NCBI GenBank assembly: GCA_963720565.1
Contig: CAVRFW010000004.1
Span: forward strand, 1 to 64,000
DNA: 64,000 nt
Source of the DNA: Candidatus Bathyarchaeota archaeon
GTDB lineage: Archaea > Thermoproteota > Bathyarchaeia > Bathyarchaeales > Bathycorpusculaceae
Direction of reading: 5' to 3'
In this document: positions 20,286-30,225 of the stretch, piece after piece
How the letters are laid out: the number at the start of each line of letters is the position of its first letter
How positions within the stretch are numbered: position 1 is the first letter of the stretch
Notes under the pieces: generated by a model
The model's database searches: none
What the model saw: the letters and a program-made list of their open reading frames with translations, nothing else
Told to the model about the DNA's origin: nothing
Made by a program: the position numbers and the translations under genes

Positions 20286-21326
20286 ATGCCAACAACCTCA
20301 ATTGACACATTCTTCGCATGCTCGCTAATCGTTTCAGTTGCAATAGCTACAACAGTCTTCGCTGCGGAAAATCTCCAAGCTCAAATAGACACTACGCGCG
20401 ATGTCAACGATCAGGACTATTTAAAGAACATAGCTGATAGGATAGTATTCAGCTCTGGAAACCCCCCTGATTGGGGTTCACGAGGCATTAGTCCCCAGAG
20501 CTTTGGCCTGTCAGACACCTCTGTCCAGCGGTTTCTTGAACTAGATATTGATAAAATTACCTTACTGAATGATGAGAACGTCTATGCACTATCCTATCCT
20601 GAAATTATGAAAGCGACTAGAATTGGATGTTCATTTGGGATTTCAGTTTTCCAAATTCTCTCGATAATCATCGAACCTGTTGGAAACGAGACACTAGGCG
20701 ATTTCATTTCATACTCATTTGTGGTTAGAACTGACAAAGACACTGCGCCCGCAGCACTATACTTGCGTTATTATGTTATAGCTCCAGGATACTTGGAAAA
20801 CAATTCGCTTACTACATCAAATCAAGGCACTGCAAATATCAGTTGCCAAATTCCGATCTCTTCAAGAGGGTCTGCGCTTCTAATCGTTTTTGCAAGAGCC
20901 GTGATTGACTCAAGAATGACAGCGGTTCAAGTCTGCTCATTTGGAATTCAAGAAGAAGCAAAACAAGCGAACCAGACGTTTCTGAAACTAAGTCCCCTGA
21001 ACCATTCTCTCACGGTCGCTTTAGACTTTCAAAGAATTAACGTCAGCAACGCTCTCGCATTTACCTTTTCCTACGTATCAAACTTAACAGCAACATCTAG
21101 TTCAACTTTCAGCTTGCCAAACTTTGTTGAGACTAGCCCCATTCTGCTTGTCGTCCAAGGTTTGAATCACACCTCATCATTCGCTGAGTGGGTAGTCTAC
21201 CCACAGCTTCCTTTAGAGTATGGCGCCGATTTTTCCAATTCAGAAGCAAACGTATTTGATTACATAGTAACCATAAAAGGAACTTTCTATAAACTACGTC
21301 TTAGTTTTGGAGATCCCACCCCATGA
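20286..21326 (+). CDS. Pilus-associated/minor pilin-like protein
   Basis: N-terminal hydrophobic helix (SIDTFFACSLIV) and G.P.DW motif; operonic. Confidence 0.6.
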   Translation: MPTTSIDTFFACSLIVSVAIATTVFAAENLQAQIDTTRDVNDQDYLKNIADRIVFSSGNPPDWGSRGISPQSFGLSDTSVQRFLELDIDKITLLNDENVYALSYPEIMKATRIGCSFGISVFQILSIIIEPVGNETLGDFISYSFVVRTDKDTAPAALYLRYYVIAPGYLENNSLTTSNQGTANISCQIPISSRGSALLIVFARAVIDSRMTAVQVCSFGIQEEAKQANQTFLKLSPLNHSLTVALDFQRINVSNALAFTFSYVSNLTATSSSTFSLPNFVETSPILLVVQGLNHTSSFAEWVVYPQLPLEYGADFSNSEANVFDYIVTIKGTFYKLRLSFGDPTP

Positions 21327-21751
21327 GAAATCTTTTCAGAGACAATAGAGGACAGGTACGAACTATCGAAGCTTTTTTTGCCTCGATTCTGCTTCTTTCG
21401 TTCATAGCTCTTGTCCCCCCTAACCAAGAACCGGTCGACTTATATAGCGAAGCCTTGTCCTCGATGGCATTAAATGCGCTCGTGAGTCTTGATAATGACG
21501 GAAGCCTTGCAAACCTCGTGGATATCCAAGATTGGAAGACGCTTGAAATGCATATCCAATCACTAGTTCCATCAGCTGTGTGGTTTAACCTTACAGTTTT
21601 TGATGCCGACATGAACTCTTTAAACAATCTAGCGATAACCAGCGGCAGTCCCATAAGTGATAACATACAAGTCGCATCCTACATTTGCGCCAGTATAAAC
21701 GCGAGCTATGCTGTTTACCTTTTGAGACTCCAAGTCTCAGCAGTGGACTAA
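21323..21751 (+). CDS. Minor pilin (class III signal)
   Basis: DNRG|QVRTIEAFFASILLL. Confidence 0.75.
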   Translation: MRNLFRDNRGQVRTIEAFFASILLLSFIALVPPNQEPVDLYSEALSSMALNALVSLDNDGSLANLVDIQDWKTLEMHIQSLVPSAVWFNLTVFDADMNSLNNLAITSGSPISDNIQVASYICASINASYAVYLLRLQVSAVD

Positions 21752-21754
21752 AAT

Positions 21755-22519
21755 ATGACTAGAAAAAAAAACTCTGGGCAAATTCTCATAATCACATCTT
21801 TGATAGTAGTGATGATTCTAATGGCAACAGTGATTTATGTGCACGACACAATAAAGAAAACGCCCATATATGAGTCAGAATCAAACGATGTGTTCTCTGC
21901 TATTCGAGTTGGAGCAATTCACACAATGATTAGCGCCTTAGCTAACGTTACTGGTGGAGGCGAAGAGAGCGCTTTCACAGAAAACTTGAGGAAATTTAGA
22001 TCCGCACTCTTGGACCTTTCATCGAACTCGATTGTATTCTTTGATTACACACTTAATGAAATCTCGCCGTACAATAGTGGAATCTATATGTCATGGGGAG
22101 TTGACGGAAGAGGGATATCGAGCTGTTCAGCGAACTTTATGCTCAACTATTCGAGCAATAATGCTAGATATTATTCAGAATTTAGCATAGACCTAACATC
22201 AGAAATTCATGTTGTTGGTGAATACTATCTAGCTGATGAATACACAAAAAATGTCACCATTACATTCACTCTTCTCAACGAGAACATGCCAACTCTTCCC
22301 AGCAACCTTACTGTCAAATACAAAACAGACGTATCCTTGTCAATCGGAGAATGGATAGCCCCTGAATCTCAAAGCGTTGAAGACTATGGAAACGGTACTC
22401 AGACAGTGGTTTTTTCAGCTGCAAACCAAACTCAAAGCGGCCCTCTATTGGTTTCAGTCTTGATCCGTGATTTGAGAGGCATTTCTGTAATGGCTAACAC
22501 AACTTGCGTTCAAGTTTAG
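21755..22519 (+). CDS. Minor pilin (class III signal)
   Basis: RKKNSG|QILIITSLIVVMIL. Confidence 0.72.
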   Translation: MTRKKNSGQILIITSLIVVMILMATVIYVHDTIKKTPIYESESNDVFSAIRVGAIHTMISALANVTGGGEESAFTENLRKFRSALLDLSSNSIVFFDYTLNEISPYNSGIYMSWGVDGRGISSCSANFMLNYSSNNARYYSEFSIDLTSEIHVVGEYYLADEYTKNVTITFTLLNENMPTLPSNLTVKYKTDVSLSIGEWIAPESQSVEDYGNGTQTVVFSAANQTQSGPLLVSVLIRDLRGISVMANTTCVQV

Positions 22520-23959
22520 CCGAGGAAAACTTGATGAGCCAATGCAAAATGACAGGCAAACAAAAAATCAGATGTTTGCTGAATTCAATAGCGCCATTAG
22601 TCACTGCTAGAACGAAGAGAGTAGGAAAAACCATCCAATTCTTCCTGGTTTTCATTTTGGTAGTGAACATTGCTATTCCTTTGACCATTGCGGAGGTTGT
22701 ATCAGTTCCTTCTTTGACCACCACTATTAATGGCAATATAAGCCCAGAAGTAGTGTGGGAAAAAACCTACGGTGGAATTGGAGATGACAGAGTCTTCTAT
22801 GCAACAAAAACCGATGAAGGATACTTGATTGTTGGTTCGTCAACATCAAATGTGCAGAATAAGACTGTGGCTTGGGTTCTAAACCTCAGTTTCGACGGAG
22901 AAATCCTTTGGGATCGAACATATCTCGAGTCGACTGGCGGTGAGTTCAGATATGCATTGAAAATGGATAATGCCTTTCTGCTGGTTGGCAACGTGTTTCA
23001 GCCGTCCGGGGAGCAAGATGGCTGCGTTGTAAGAATAGACGAGAAGGGAACATTGCTATGGAAAACAACGATAGACCGAACTGGGATCGAAAAATTATTT
23101 TCCGCGACAAGAACAGATGACGACGACTTCGTCCTCGCTGGGTTAGCGAGTTCGATTGATGCTACCAATCTAGATGCATGGATTATTAAATTAGATGGGA
23201 AAGGGAATGTATTGTGGAACATGACCTACGGAAGCGCAAAGGATGATGTTGCGCGTGGGGTAGCACCATTAGGCAATGATTCGTATGTTGTCTGCGGATA
23301 CACAGACTCCATGGGTGAAGGCGACTACGACTTCTGGATTCTCAAGCTGAATGGATCCGGAAAAGTGATTTGGAGCCGTACCTTTGGTGGATTGGGAAGT
23401 GACAAAGCTTACGCAGTAGCCACCCAGAATAATGATTGCATAGTAGTAGGTGATACCCAGTCGCTAGGCGCAGGTAACTCGGATGCCTGGATTGTCAAAG
23501 TTAATTCTTGCGGAGAGCTAGGTATGGCAAGAAACACTCGGAGGTCTAGAGTTTGATTCCGCAACCTGCATCACAGCCTCAGGAGAGGGATATCTAGTGG
23601 GAGGCTTCAGTTTTTCTTTCGGAAATGGAATGAGGGATATTTGGGTCTCGAAGATTAATATTGAAGGTAATGTGCAGTGGAGCTTTGCATTGGGGCGTGC
23701 GGGCTATGAAGAAGCTTATGGCATAGTTGGGTTAGAAGATGAAGCGTTTGTGGTTGGAGGTTGGACTGACTTTACAGGTCAGGGTCGCTATGATTACTAT
23801 GTCGCTAGACTGAACGTCGGACTAAACTCTTCCGGCGAATGGTGTTGGATTGTTTTCATTGCCGTCTCGGGGATTTTGTTTTTAACTTGCTCAATTGTGG
23901 TTCTAACCGGGGGAAACAAGTCTGCCCTTAGGCAGCCTATTAGCGACTTGCTCGTCTAA
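22504..23959 (+). CDS. Secreted beta-propeller repeat protein with C-terminal TM; frameshift near 23520
   Basis: Repeats of W.kTyGG..dD...G.lv.G...D.W.lkld..G..lW in ORFs 22504..23556 and 23597..23959. Confidence 0.75.
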
Positions 23960-23966
23960 CAAGCTT

Positions 23967-24866
23967 CTAAACAGACAGTTTGGAAAACAAAGTTCGAAGT
24001 GTCCATATGAATGCGGTGAAATTGGTCCAGATGGCGACCGTTCTGAATTTCCTCTTGTAGCCAGACTCACTCTTGCTATCTTCTTCGTGGAACGCTATGA
24101 GCAGTTCTTTGTCATCTGATATCATGAAGCAGGGAAGGTTGTGGGCTTCAATAACGCTACATTTCGCTTTTGGCCAGTCCATTTGCCCAATGAAGAAATT
24201 GCTTTTGGGAGAAGATTCCGCAAGCAGAGTAACGTCAATTTTATCCATTTTGCTTCTTAGTCTGTCGGTAAACTCGTGATAATACAACTGCGCTAGGTGT
24301 TCATCGGGAACAAACAATTCGAATTTTTTCTGAGCTTTGTCAAGAAGCTCTTCCGCTTTCAAGATAACAGATTGTTCTCCTTCGAGCCTTTGAAAAAGTT
24401 CTTTTTCGGCTTCTTCTAACGGTACTCGAGGAACCGATGTCCACATTTCTACGAGACTTTGTTTCTGCTTTTCCAGCAAGCGGATTTTCATTTTTTTCTC
24501 ATCCACAAGTATGTCTACAGCCTTATCTAGCGGCACGGCAGTAAATTTCAGCGGTTTCTCGAAAACAGAAAAGACCAGACCTTTCTTTTCTAAATCTCGA
24601 AGTATTCTGTAGGTTTCAGTTCTGTGAAGTGAAATAGTTTCTGCAATCTCGCCTGCTTTCTTTTTTCCCACGCGAGCGAGAAAGAGATAAACATGTATTT
24701 CGTTCTTCAGCAAGCCAAATCGGGAAAGAACCTCCTCTATTTTGAACAATTGCGTATTGTAACCTTTGTCCCGTCTTACAAATCGATAAGAGTCGCTTCC
24801 TTCATCGCGAACTCGCACCAAATCAGAGTCCTTATTCTTAAATGCAAGCTCCATTAAGTATTTCAC
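23967..24866 (-). CDS. TrmB-family transcriptional regulator
   Basis: FGLLKNEIHVYLFL...AGEIAETISLHRTETYRILRDLEKKGLV wHTH plus a PLD-like effector domain. Confidence 0.88.
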   Translation of the reverse strand: MKYLMELAFKNKDSDLVRVRDEGSDSYRFVRRDKGYNTQLFKIEEVLSRFGLLKNEIHVYLFLARVGKKKAGEIAETISLHRTETYRILRDLEKKGLVFSVFEKPLKFTAVPLDKAVDILVDEKKMKIRLLEKQKQSLVEMWTSVPRVPLEEAEKELFQRLEGEQSVILKAEELLDKAQKKFELFVPDEHLAQLYYHEFTDRLRSKMDKIDVTLLAESSPKSNFFIGQMDWPKAKCSVIEAHNLPCFMISDDKELLIAFHEEDSKSESGYKRKFRTVAIWTNFTAFIWTLRTLFSKLSV

Positions 24867-25385
24867 CTTAAGTTTTCAGGTCTGTCTTTAGGCTATTGAC
24901 TTTAGCAACTGCCTATTAGTCGTTTATGAATACTTGATAATTCGTATTCGGATTCTGAATACACACGACTAGTCATCGTTAGTATATTTTCACGGAAGTT
25001 ATATGCCCATACTGATTTTCTTTGCCCATAGACAAAAGAAGGAAACAAACAAATGCAAATACATGCTTTGCTGAGTCTTTTATTGGTTTTCTTGAGAGCC
25101 TATTTCTATCGGCATTCCTTTGCCCTAAAAACTCCCCAACATCCAAGGGTAGAAGAGTGAAAAACAAAGCTGATGATGCCCATGAAGCTATTGGGAGAGC
25201 CTAGATCTCGAATCAAGGATTTACTGACAAATACTAGCGAAGGCGTGGGATTCAAAGGTAAACTCGATTGCGAGTTCAAACAACAACGTTCTCCAACCCC
25301 GACCGTTTGGAAGCTGCACGCCCTTGACGCATTCTCTAATCACATGGGTTTGAGCGCGACAAATAGAATCGGAAGAGAATGAAAT

Positions 25386-26214
25386 ATGATTGTTGCCGTG
25401 CACTCCTACAAGGGCGGAACGGGAAAAACCCTCCTCTCAACAAATCTTGCAGCCACATTCGCCAAGCAGGGCAAGAACGTTTGTCTCATTGACCTTGACC
25501 TTAGAGCGCCAAGCATCCATTCGATTTTCAAAGCCGAAAACACCACTAGCTGGTTCAACGACTACCTAAACAATGGTTGCGAAATCCAAGAATCCCTGAC
25601 TGACTTAAGCAGCAGCATACCTGGATCGGGCAAGTTCTTCGTAGGCTTTGCAAACCCTTCAACCCAAGCAATTAGGGATATGTTAACCAAAGATCGCGGG
25701 TGGGAAATGAAGGCACTGGGAAAACTGCTTGAGCTCAGAAGGACACTGATAGACAGCGGGGAATTTGACTGGGTTGTCTTTGACACCAGCCCGGGAATGC
25801 AGTTTTCATCGATAAATGCGATTGTAGCCGCTGATTTGGTGATGGTAGCCACAACAGGCGATCGGTCAGATGTTGAAGGAACAAGGCGCATGCTAATAGG
25901 ACTCTACAAGCTGTTTGAGAAGAAAACTGGGATAATAATAAACAAAATGTCTTCTGAATCGTTTTCTGCAGCGTCTTGGAGCACAACGCTTCGGGAATTC
26001 CGAGTTTCTCCCTCCTTCAATCTTGGGTATTTTACCTTGTTTTTGCGACATACTCAAGGCTCAGGGTAAGTCTCTATTCACGATCGAAAACCCAAACCAC
26101 CCGTTAACGCTGATGCTTCAAGAAATAGCAAAAAACATCGAGAAACTGATGGGTGACTCTTCGAACATGTGGGAAATATTGCAAGATAAAAATATTGAGC
26201 CTCAAATGTTGTGA
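25386..26214 (+). CDS. MinD/ParA-family ATPase; frameshift near 25980-26020
   Basis: Deviant Walker A KGGTGKT, IDLD and DTSPG; C-terminus (LPCFCD...PNHP) in ORF 26023..26214. Confidence 0.88.
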
Positions 26215-26435
26215 CAGCTATTGCATGAAATCAAGAAATATCGCAATAGCCAATTGGAGAAAGCAGATAATCATTTCTCCACCTGGCAGGATGCAACACC
26301 CTTAGAACCTATACCAGTCGGCAGCGATATGAAAACAACCCCGAGGTCAAAGCAAGCCCTTCAAGGTTATTCAAGGAAAAGCCGATCCAATAGGAACAAA
26401 CCGAATCGGAGAAAACAGAGAAACGACACTCGCAG

Positions 26436-26639
26436 TTGTGGGCATCCAGCCATTATCGATACTTAGAGAGATTGTGGCTTCGACTCGGAGGCACAATCAG
26501 CTTGGGAAGACTACATCCGCAAGACCCTAAATCTACAAAATTTTTCCTGAGATACTGCGCTAACCATGGGATAATCCTGACTTATCCCCAGGGCTATGAT
26601 GGATTCCTCAGATGCGAACAATGCACCAAACGAACCTGA
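26436..26639 (+). CDS. Small putative Zn-binding protein (start uncertain)
   Basis: C-x2-HG...YPQGY...C-x2-C pattern. Confidence 0.45.
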   Translation: MWASSHYRYLERLWLRLGGTISLGRLHPQDPKSTKFFLRYCANHGIILTYPQGYDGFLRCEQCTKRT

Positions 26640-26763
26640 ACGCGCGCTGCCTTGTCCCAATATTACGTGTTGAAATAGGTTGGTGAGACTGCTTTATCAT
26701 ATCTTCCTGTGTTTTCGGCTGCTTCTCGGTTCAGAACTAAGCGCGCGCGCTTCTAGAAGAATA

Positions 26764-26807
26764 GGTGTTGCTGTGGAATTCTGACTAAAAAAGGGGAAAG
26801 TGAAGAT
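26764..26807. repeat. 44-bp direct repeat, copy 1
   Basis: GGTGTTGCTGTGGAATTCTGACTAAAAAAGGGGAAAGTGAAGAT, identical to 30165..30208. Confidence 0.92.
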
Positions 26808-26941
26808 TATCAGGTTAACCTGAGCAAGGGCCATCATCCGAGAGTCACATTGGCATCATTTCAAATACTTCAAGGTGTGACGAGTTTTTTGTTACACCAA
26901 TTTCTTAGTCTAGGCAAATTTCTAATACTCGCAGGAACTAG

Positions 26942-27355
26942 TTGACTTATGATTTAGGAATCAGGAGAACAAAATTGAACCCTGTTGGTTTATGGATGCT
27001 TCACTTTGACTGGGGACCAAAAGGTAACTACTGTTGGACTCCGCTATACTTCAACTTCGATGGCACCTTCGCGTACTTGGCAGGAGGCAATGAAGGAACA
27101 TGGGTACAAGTTGATGACTTGATCATCTGGAGGTTCAAAAAACTGCCTGATGAAGATAGCAACACCGTCTATTCAGGAAACGCTACTAGGAATTTCATGT
27201 CTGGCATAATGCTGTCATCTCAGGGGGAAAGGGGCCACTGGTACGCAATCAAGAAAGGCACCAGAGTATTTGCCTTCAGAGAAAAAGATAAACTGCCGTA
27301 TATGATCGAAAAGGAAAGCAAACCAAAACTTGATTCAGCAGGCAAGAAAGCGTAA
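26942..27355 (+). CDS. Hypothetical beta-rich protein
   Basis: 137-aa ORF, aromatic-rich beta pattern; a TTG with GGAG SD near 26975 may be the true start. Confidence 0.6.
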   Translation: MTYDLGIRRTKLNPVGLWMLHFDWGPKGNYCWTPLYFNFDGTFAYLAGGNEGTWVQVDDLIIWRFKKLPDEDSNTVYSGNATRNFMSGIMLSSQGERGHWYAIKKGTRVFAFREKDKLPYMIEKESKPKLDSAGKKA

Positions 27356-27497
27356 AACGAACGCGGAAGAATAATTCGAAAATAGCCAATAATGGTTTTG
27401 GTCGCGGGCTTTCGAGTTTGCTTTTTGCTCTTCTCGTTTTGCCTCTCAGAGTGTATGGGTGCCCTAAAACATGTCAAAAGCCAGCTGTGGCGTTCAG

Positions 27498-28577
27498 CTA
27501 ACCTTTTCTATTCATCTTTTTATTAAGAACTCTCTTACTCTCTGATCCCTTGCGCTTCTTCTTCCTACTCTTTTGCTTACCTCCGCGGGTGCGCCTACTA
27601 CTTTTCTTGCCAACATTTCTCATTTTTACAAAGACAAAAACAGTCATTGCCACAGCAATGACAATTACACTGGTGATTTGAACCCTATAGTCTCCTATTC
27701 CTTGAAAACCTGCAGGTGACGGGGTTGGAGTTGGTTCAATCTTCCCATTCACCCAAGAAATCCAAGCATCCCAATCATCCTCAGTCGTTGAGCTATACCA
27801 CCAAATACCAAAACTCTCCATTCTTGAATAGAACTCCACCCCTCTTGCTAGCATTCTATCGTTGAAGTAACCTAGTTGTTGCCTAATTGTTGGATAATCC
27901 TGATAGTGCTCAGCAATCAGCCAAATCATATAACCGTCTTTGGTGTGCGAAGTGCTCTGCACTTTATCAAATGCGGTTTTCCACTCTGATTCATGGTAAG
28001 CGTGGGACCCGTACAAGCCAACAGCACATTTCTTGGCTGTAGTTAACAGCAACTGATTGTAGTGCAGCCACGGATAATAAGGAACTCCCATTCCTTCTAT
28101 GACCTTTGCACATTCAGTAAAGTAACGCATGTGGTCTACAATTGTTCCAGTGTACCATTCGGTGTCGTCAACTATTGCATCGAAACTGTCACCGAAATAT
28201 TCTACGAATGATACTACACTGCTGATTATTTTCTGCCTGGCCTCGGTCGTAGTCTTGTCTGGATAAGTCTTGAAAGAATAGATATCTGCATAAATCTTCA
28301 TATCCGGATTAACCGTTCTGACTTGCGTTTTGAAACCTTCAAGCTGCTCTTTACTGAAACTGTAAACTATAGTATTATCCGTCTTGATAGCCGCCGCGTT
28401 AATAATCAAGACATCTATTTTTCCGTCTCGAATACGATTCATAAACTCAGTCGACATGTCAGAATAGGCACACCAAAGGCTATACTCCAAATCAGGGGAA
28501 ACCAAAACCGGATTGGCTTCTACCGAAAAAAACAAAGAAACAATCAAAATCGCTGCAAGAATTGTTTTCCTAAGCAT
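27498..28577 (-). CDS. Secreted, membrane-anchored glycoside-hydrolase-like (TIM-barrel) protein
   Basis: Signal peptide, FDAIVDDTE (GH18-like acidic strand), PT linker, TM helix and very basic tail. Confidence 0.55.
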   Translation of the reverse strand: MLRKTILAAILIVSLFFSVEANPVLVSPDLEYSLWCAYSDMSTEFMNRIRDGKIDVLIINAAAIKTDNTIVYSFSKEQLEGFKTQVRTVNPDMKIYADIYSFKTYPDKTTTEARQKIISSVVSFVEYFGDSFDAIVDDTEWYTGTIVDHMRYFTECAKVIEGMGVPYYPWLHYNQLLLTTAKKCAVGLYGSHAYHESEWKTAFDKVQSTSHTKDGYMIWLIAEHYQDYPTIRQQLGYFNDRMLARGVEFYSRMESFGIWWYSSTTEDDWDAWISWVNGKIEPTPTPSPAGFQGIGDYRVQITSVIVIAVAMTVFVFVKMRNVGKKSSRRTRGGKQKSRKKKRKGSESKRVLNKKMNRKG

Positions 28578-28834
28578 ATTTCATATCCCAAAGACAACCC
28601 TTTCTCATACACATCCGTCATTTCACAATAGCGATAATCTTTTTCCGATTCCTAATCTCTTTTCGGCTCCTTTGAATATGATGCTTGGGAGTTGCTATTA
28701 AGAGAGATGCAAAGGAAAATTCCCCGACACCACGGAGACAACCAACAATTAAAAATGGAAAAAGGGAGAGATTAAAATCGAGGTAAGAGTGGGTCGAGCT
28801 ACAGGTTTCTCAACGTGCGCTACCTTTGTTTTCT

Positions 28835-29824
28835 CTATTTGACTTTCTTGAAGATCAACATTATTGCAATCGCTGCAATCGCAAAGATGATTCCGACTGT
28901 CGCAATTGTGTATAATGCTCCTGTTGGCAACACGCTAGGTTTAGGCGCGGGTTTTGCTGTAGATTCTGGCTTCGCTGTAGGCTCAGGTGTGGCTGTAGAT
29001 TCTGGCTTCGCTGTAGGCTCAGGCGTTGCTGTGGGCTCTGGCGTTGGTGGAGTTCCGGTTAAAACTTCGTTCACCGTGCGAACCTGTATTCCCTTTGAAA
29101 CAACATAGTCAAGAAAATCTGCGAAGTCTCTCGCCTTGATAGCATTTGATTGGTTGCCAACCTTTGGAATGACGTCATGGAAGAAAATTATGCCCCACTT
29201 ATCTGTTGCGGCGAGATTGTCAATCATGATTTTAAGGCGCGACAAGGCGTCGGCATCGCTATTTATTCCTGCTCCTGCAGGCAATATGGACGGGTAAGGC
29301 GCTGAGATTTCATACGGGTAGTTGTAGGCTGTTCTTGCAGAACTGTAATACTGTAAGACGATGGAATTAACAAAAGCGTCCGTTTCTCCATAAGGATAAG
29401 CAAAATTATTCACCATCAACCCGTGAGACTCTAAAGCCTCTTTTGACGCTGAACATTCAGTTCGCAGCCAAGATTCCGAGCGCCCAATAAAACTAATGTG
29501 TGTTTTTCCGTGGCTTCCAATCTCGTTTCCAGCGTTTTGCAATACGGCAAGTTCGGCAAAACTCATGAAGTTAGAGCTGCCAGAAACATCCCTGATCTGG
29601 TCCGAAATAATGTAAAATGTTCCGTGCAACCCTCTGGCTTGCATCAGCGGGAAAGCATAGGTGTACTGGCTGATTGTGCCATCGTCAAACACTATCGAAA
29701 GAACAGGTGGGTCAACGCTTGCGAATGTTTCAGTGATGGCAAAAGAGGAGCAGCAAAACATTAGTAAAACCAGAAAACTGCTAGTGATAACTCTCTTTCT
29801 GGAGTTTGGAACTTTGTTTTTCAC
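28835..29824 (-). CDS. Polysaccharide deacetylase (CE4/NodB) with Pro/Thr linker and C-terminal TM
   Basis: IVFDDG, EIGSHGKTH, FAYPYG and IFFHD motifs. Confidence 0.9.
   Translation of the reverse strand: MKNKVPNSRKRVITSSFLVLLMFCCSSFAITETFASVDPPVLSIVFDDGTISQYTYAFPLMQARGLHGTFYIISDQIRDVSGSSNFMSFAELAVLQNAGNEIGSHGKTHISFIGRSESWLRTECSASKEALESHGLMVNNFAYPYGETDAFVNSIVLQYYSSARTAYNYPYEISAPYPSILPAGAGINSDADALSRLKIMIDNLAATDKWGIIFFHDVIPKVGNQSNAIKARDFADFLDYVVSKGIQVRTVNEVLTGTPPTPEPTATPEPTAKPESTATPEPTAKPESTAKPAPKPSVLPTGALYTIATVGIIFAIAAIAIMLIFKKVK
28945..29050. repeat. 18/36-bp tandem repeats encoding a PEPTA(T/K)/PESTA linker
   Basis: gctgtagattctggcttcgctgtaggctcagg occurs twice, plus degenerate units. Confidence 0.8.
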
Positions 29825-30164
29825 ATAGTTCGCCTCTACACTTTGGATGCTAGCTGACCAGAATATAAATAAAATTACTTAAGACACAATACATCAGAAT
29901 TCATAATATGCATTTGTTTGCAGGCTTAAAATGACGCGCCGCGACTCTCCAGCCGTAGCAAGATCCAAGTTTGCCAATCCCCAGAAACAGGATCCAACAG
30001 CGCAGCTCTACATTTAGGACATTTACCTAGCTATTTTCTTCCTTCAATTAACAAGTCAATGTTGCATTTGTAGCATTTTCACTAATGCTTCTATCGCAAA
30101 AAAGCAACGAATCATTTTACCAACCGCTAAAAGCCACGATTTTTGATACTTCTATAAGAACCGC

Positions 30165-30208
30165 GGTGTTGCTGTGGAATTCTGACTAAAAAAGGGGAAA
30201 GTGAAGAT
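30165..30208. repeat. 44-bp direct repeat, copy 2 (overlaps the T-rich terminator of the upstream minus-strand gene)
   Basis: Identical to 26764..26807. Confidence 0.92.
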
Positions 30209-30225
30209 GTTCACTCTTCACGTTT

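Noticed and set aside
28945..29050. CRISPR-like repeat
   Set aside because: In-frame coding tandem repeat for a Pro/Thr linker, with no unique spacers.
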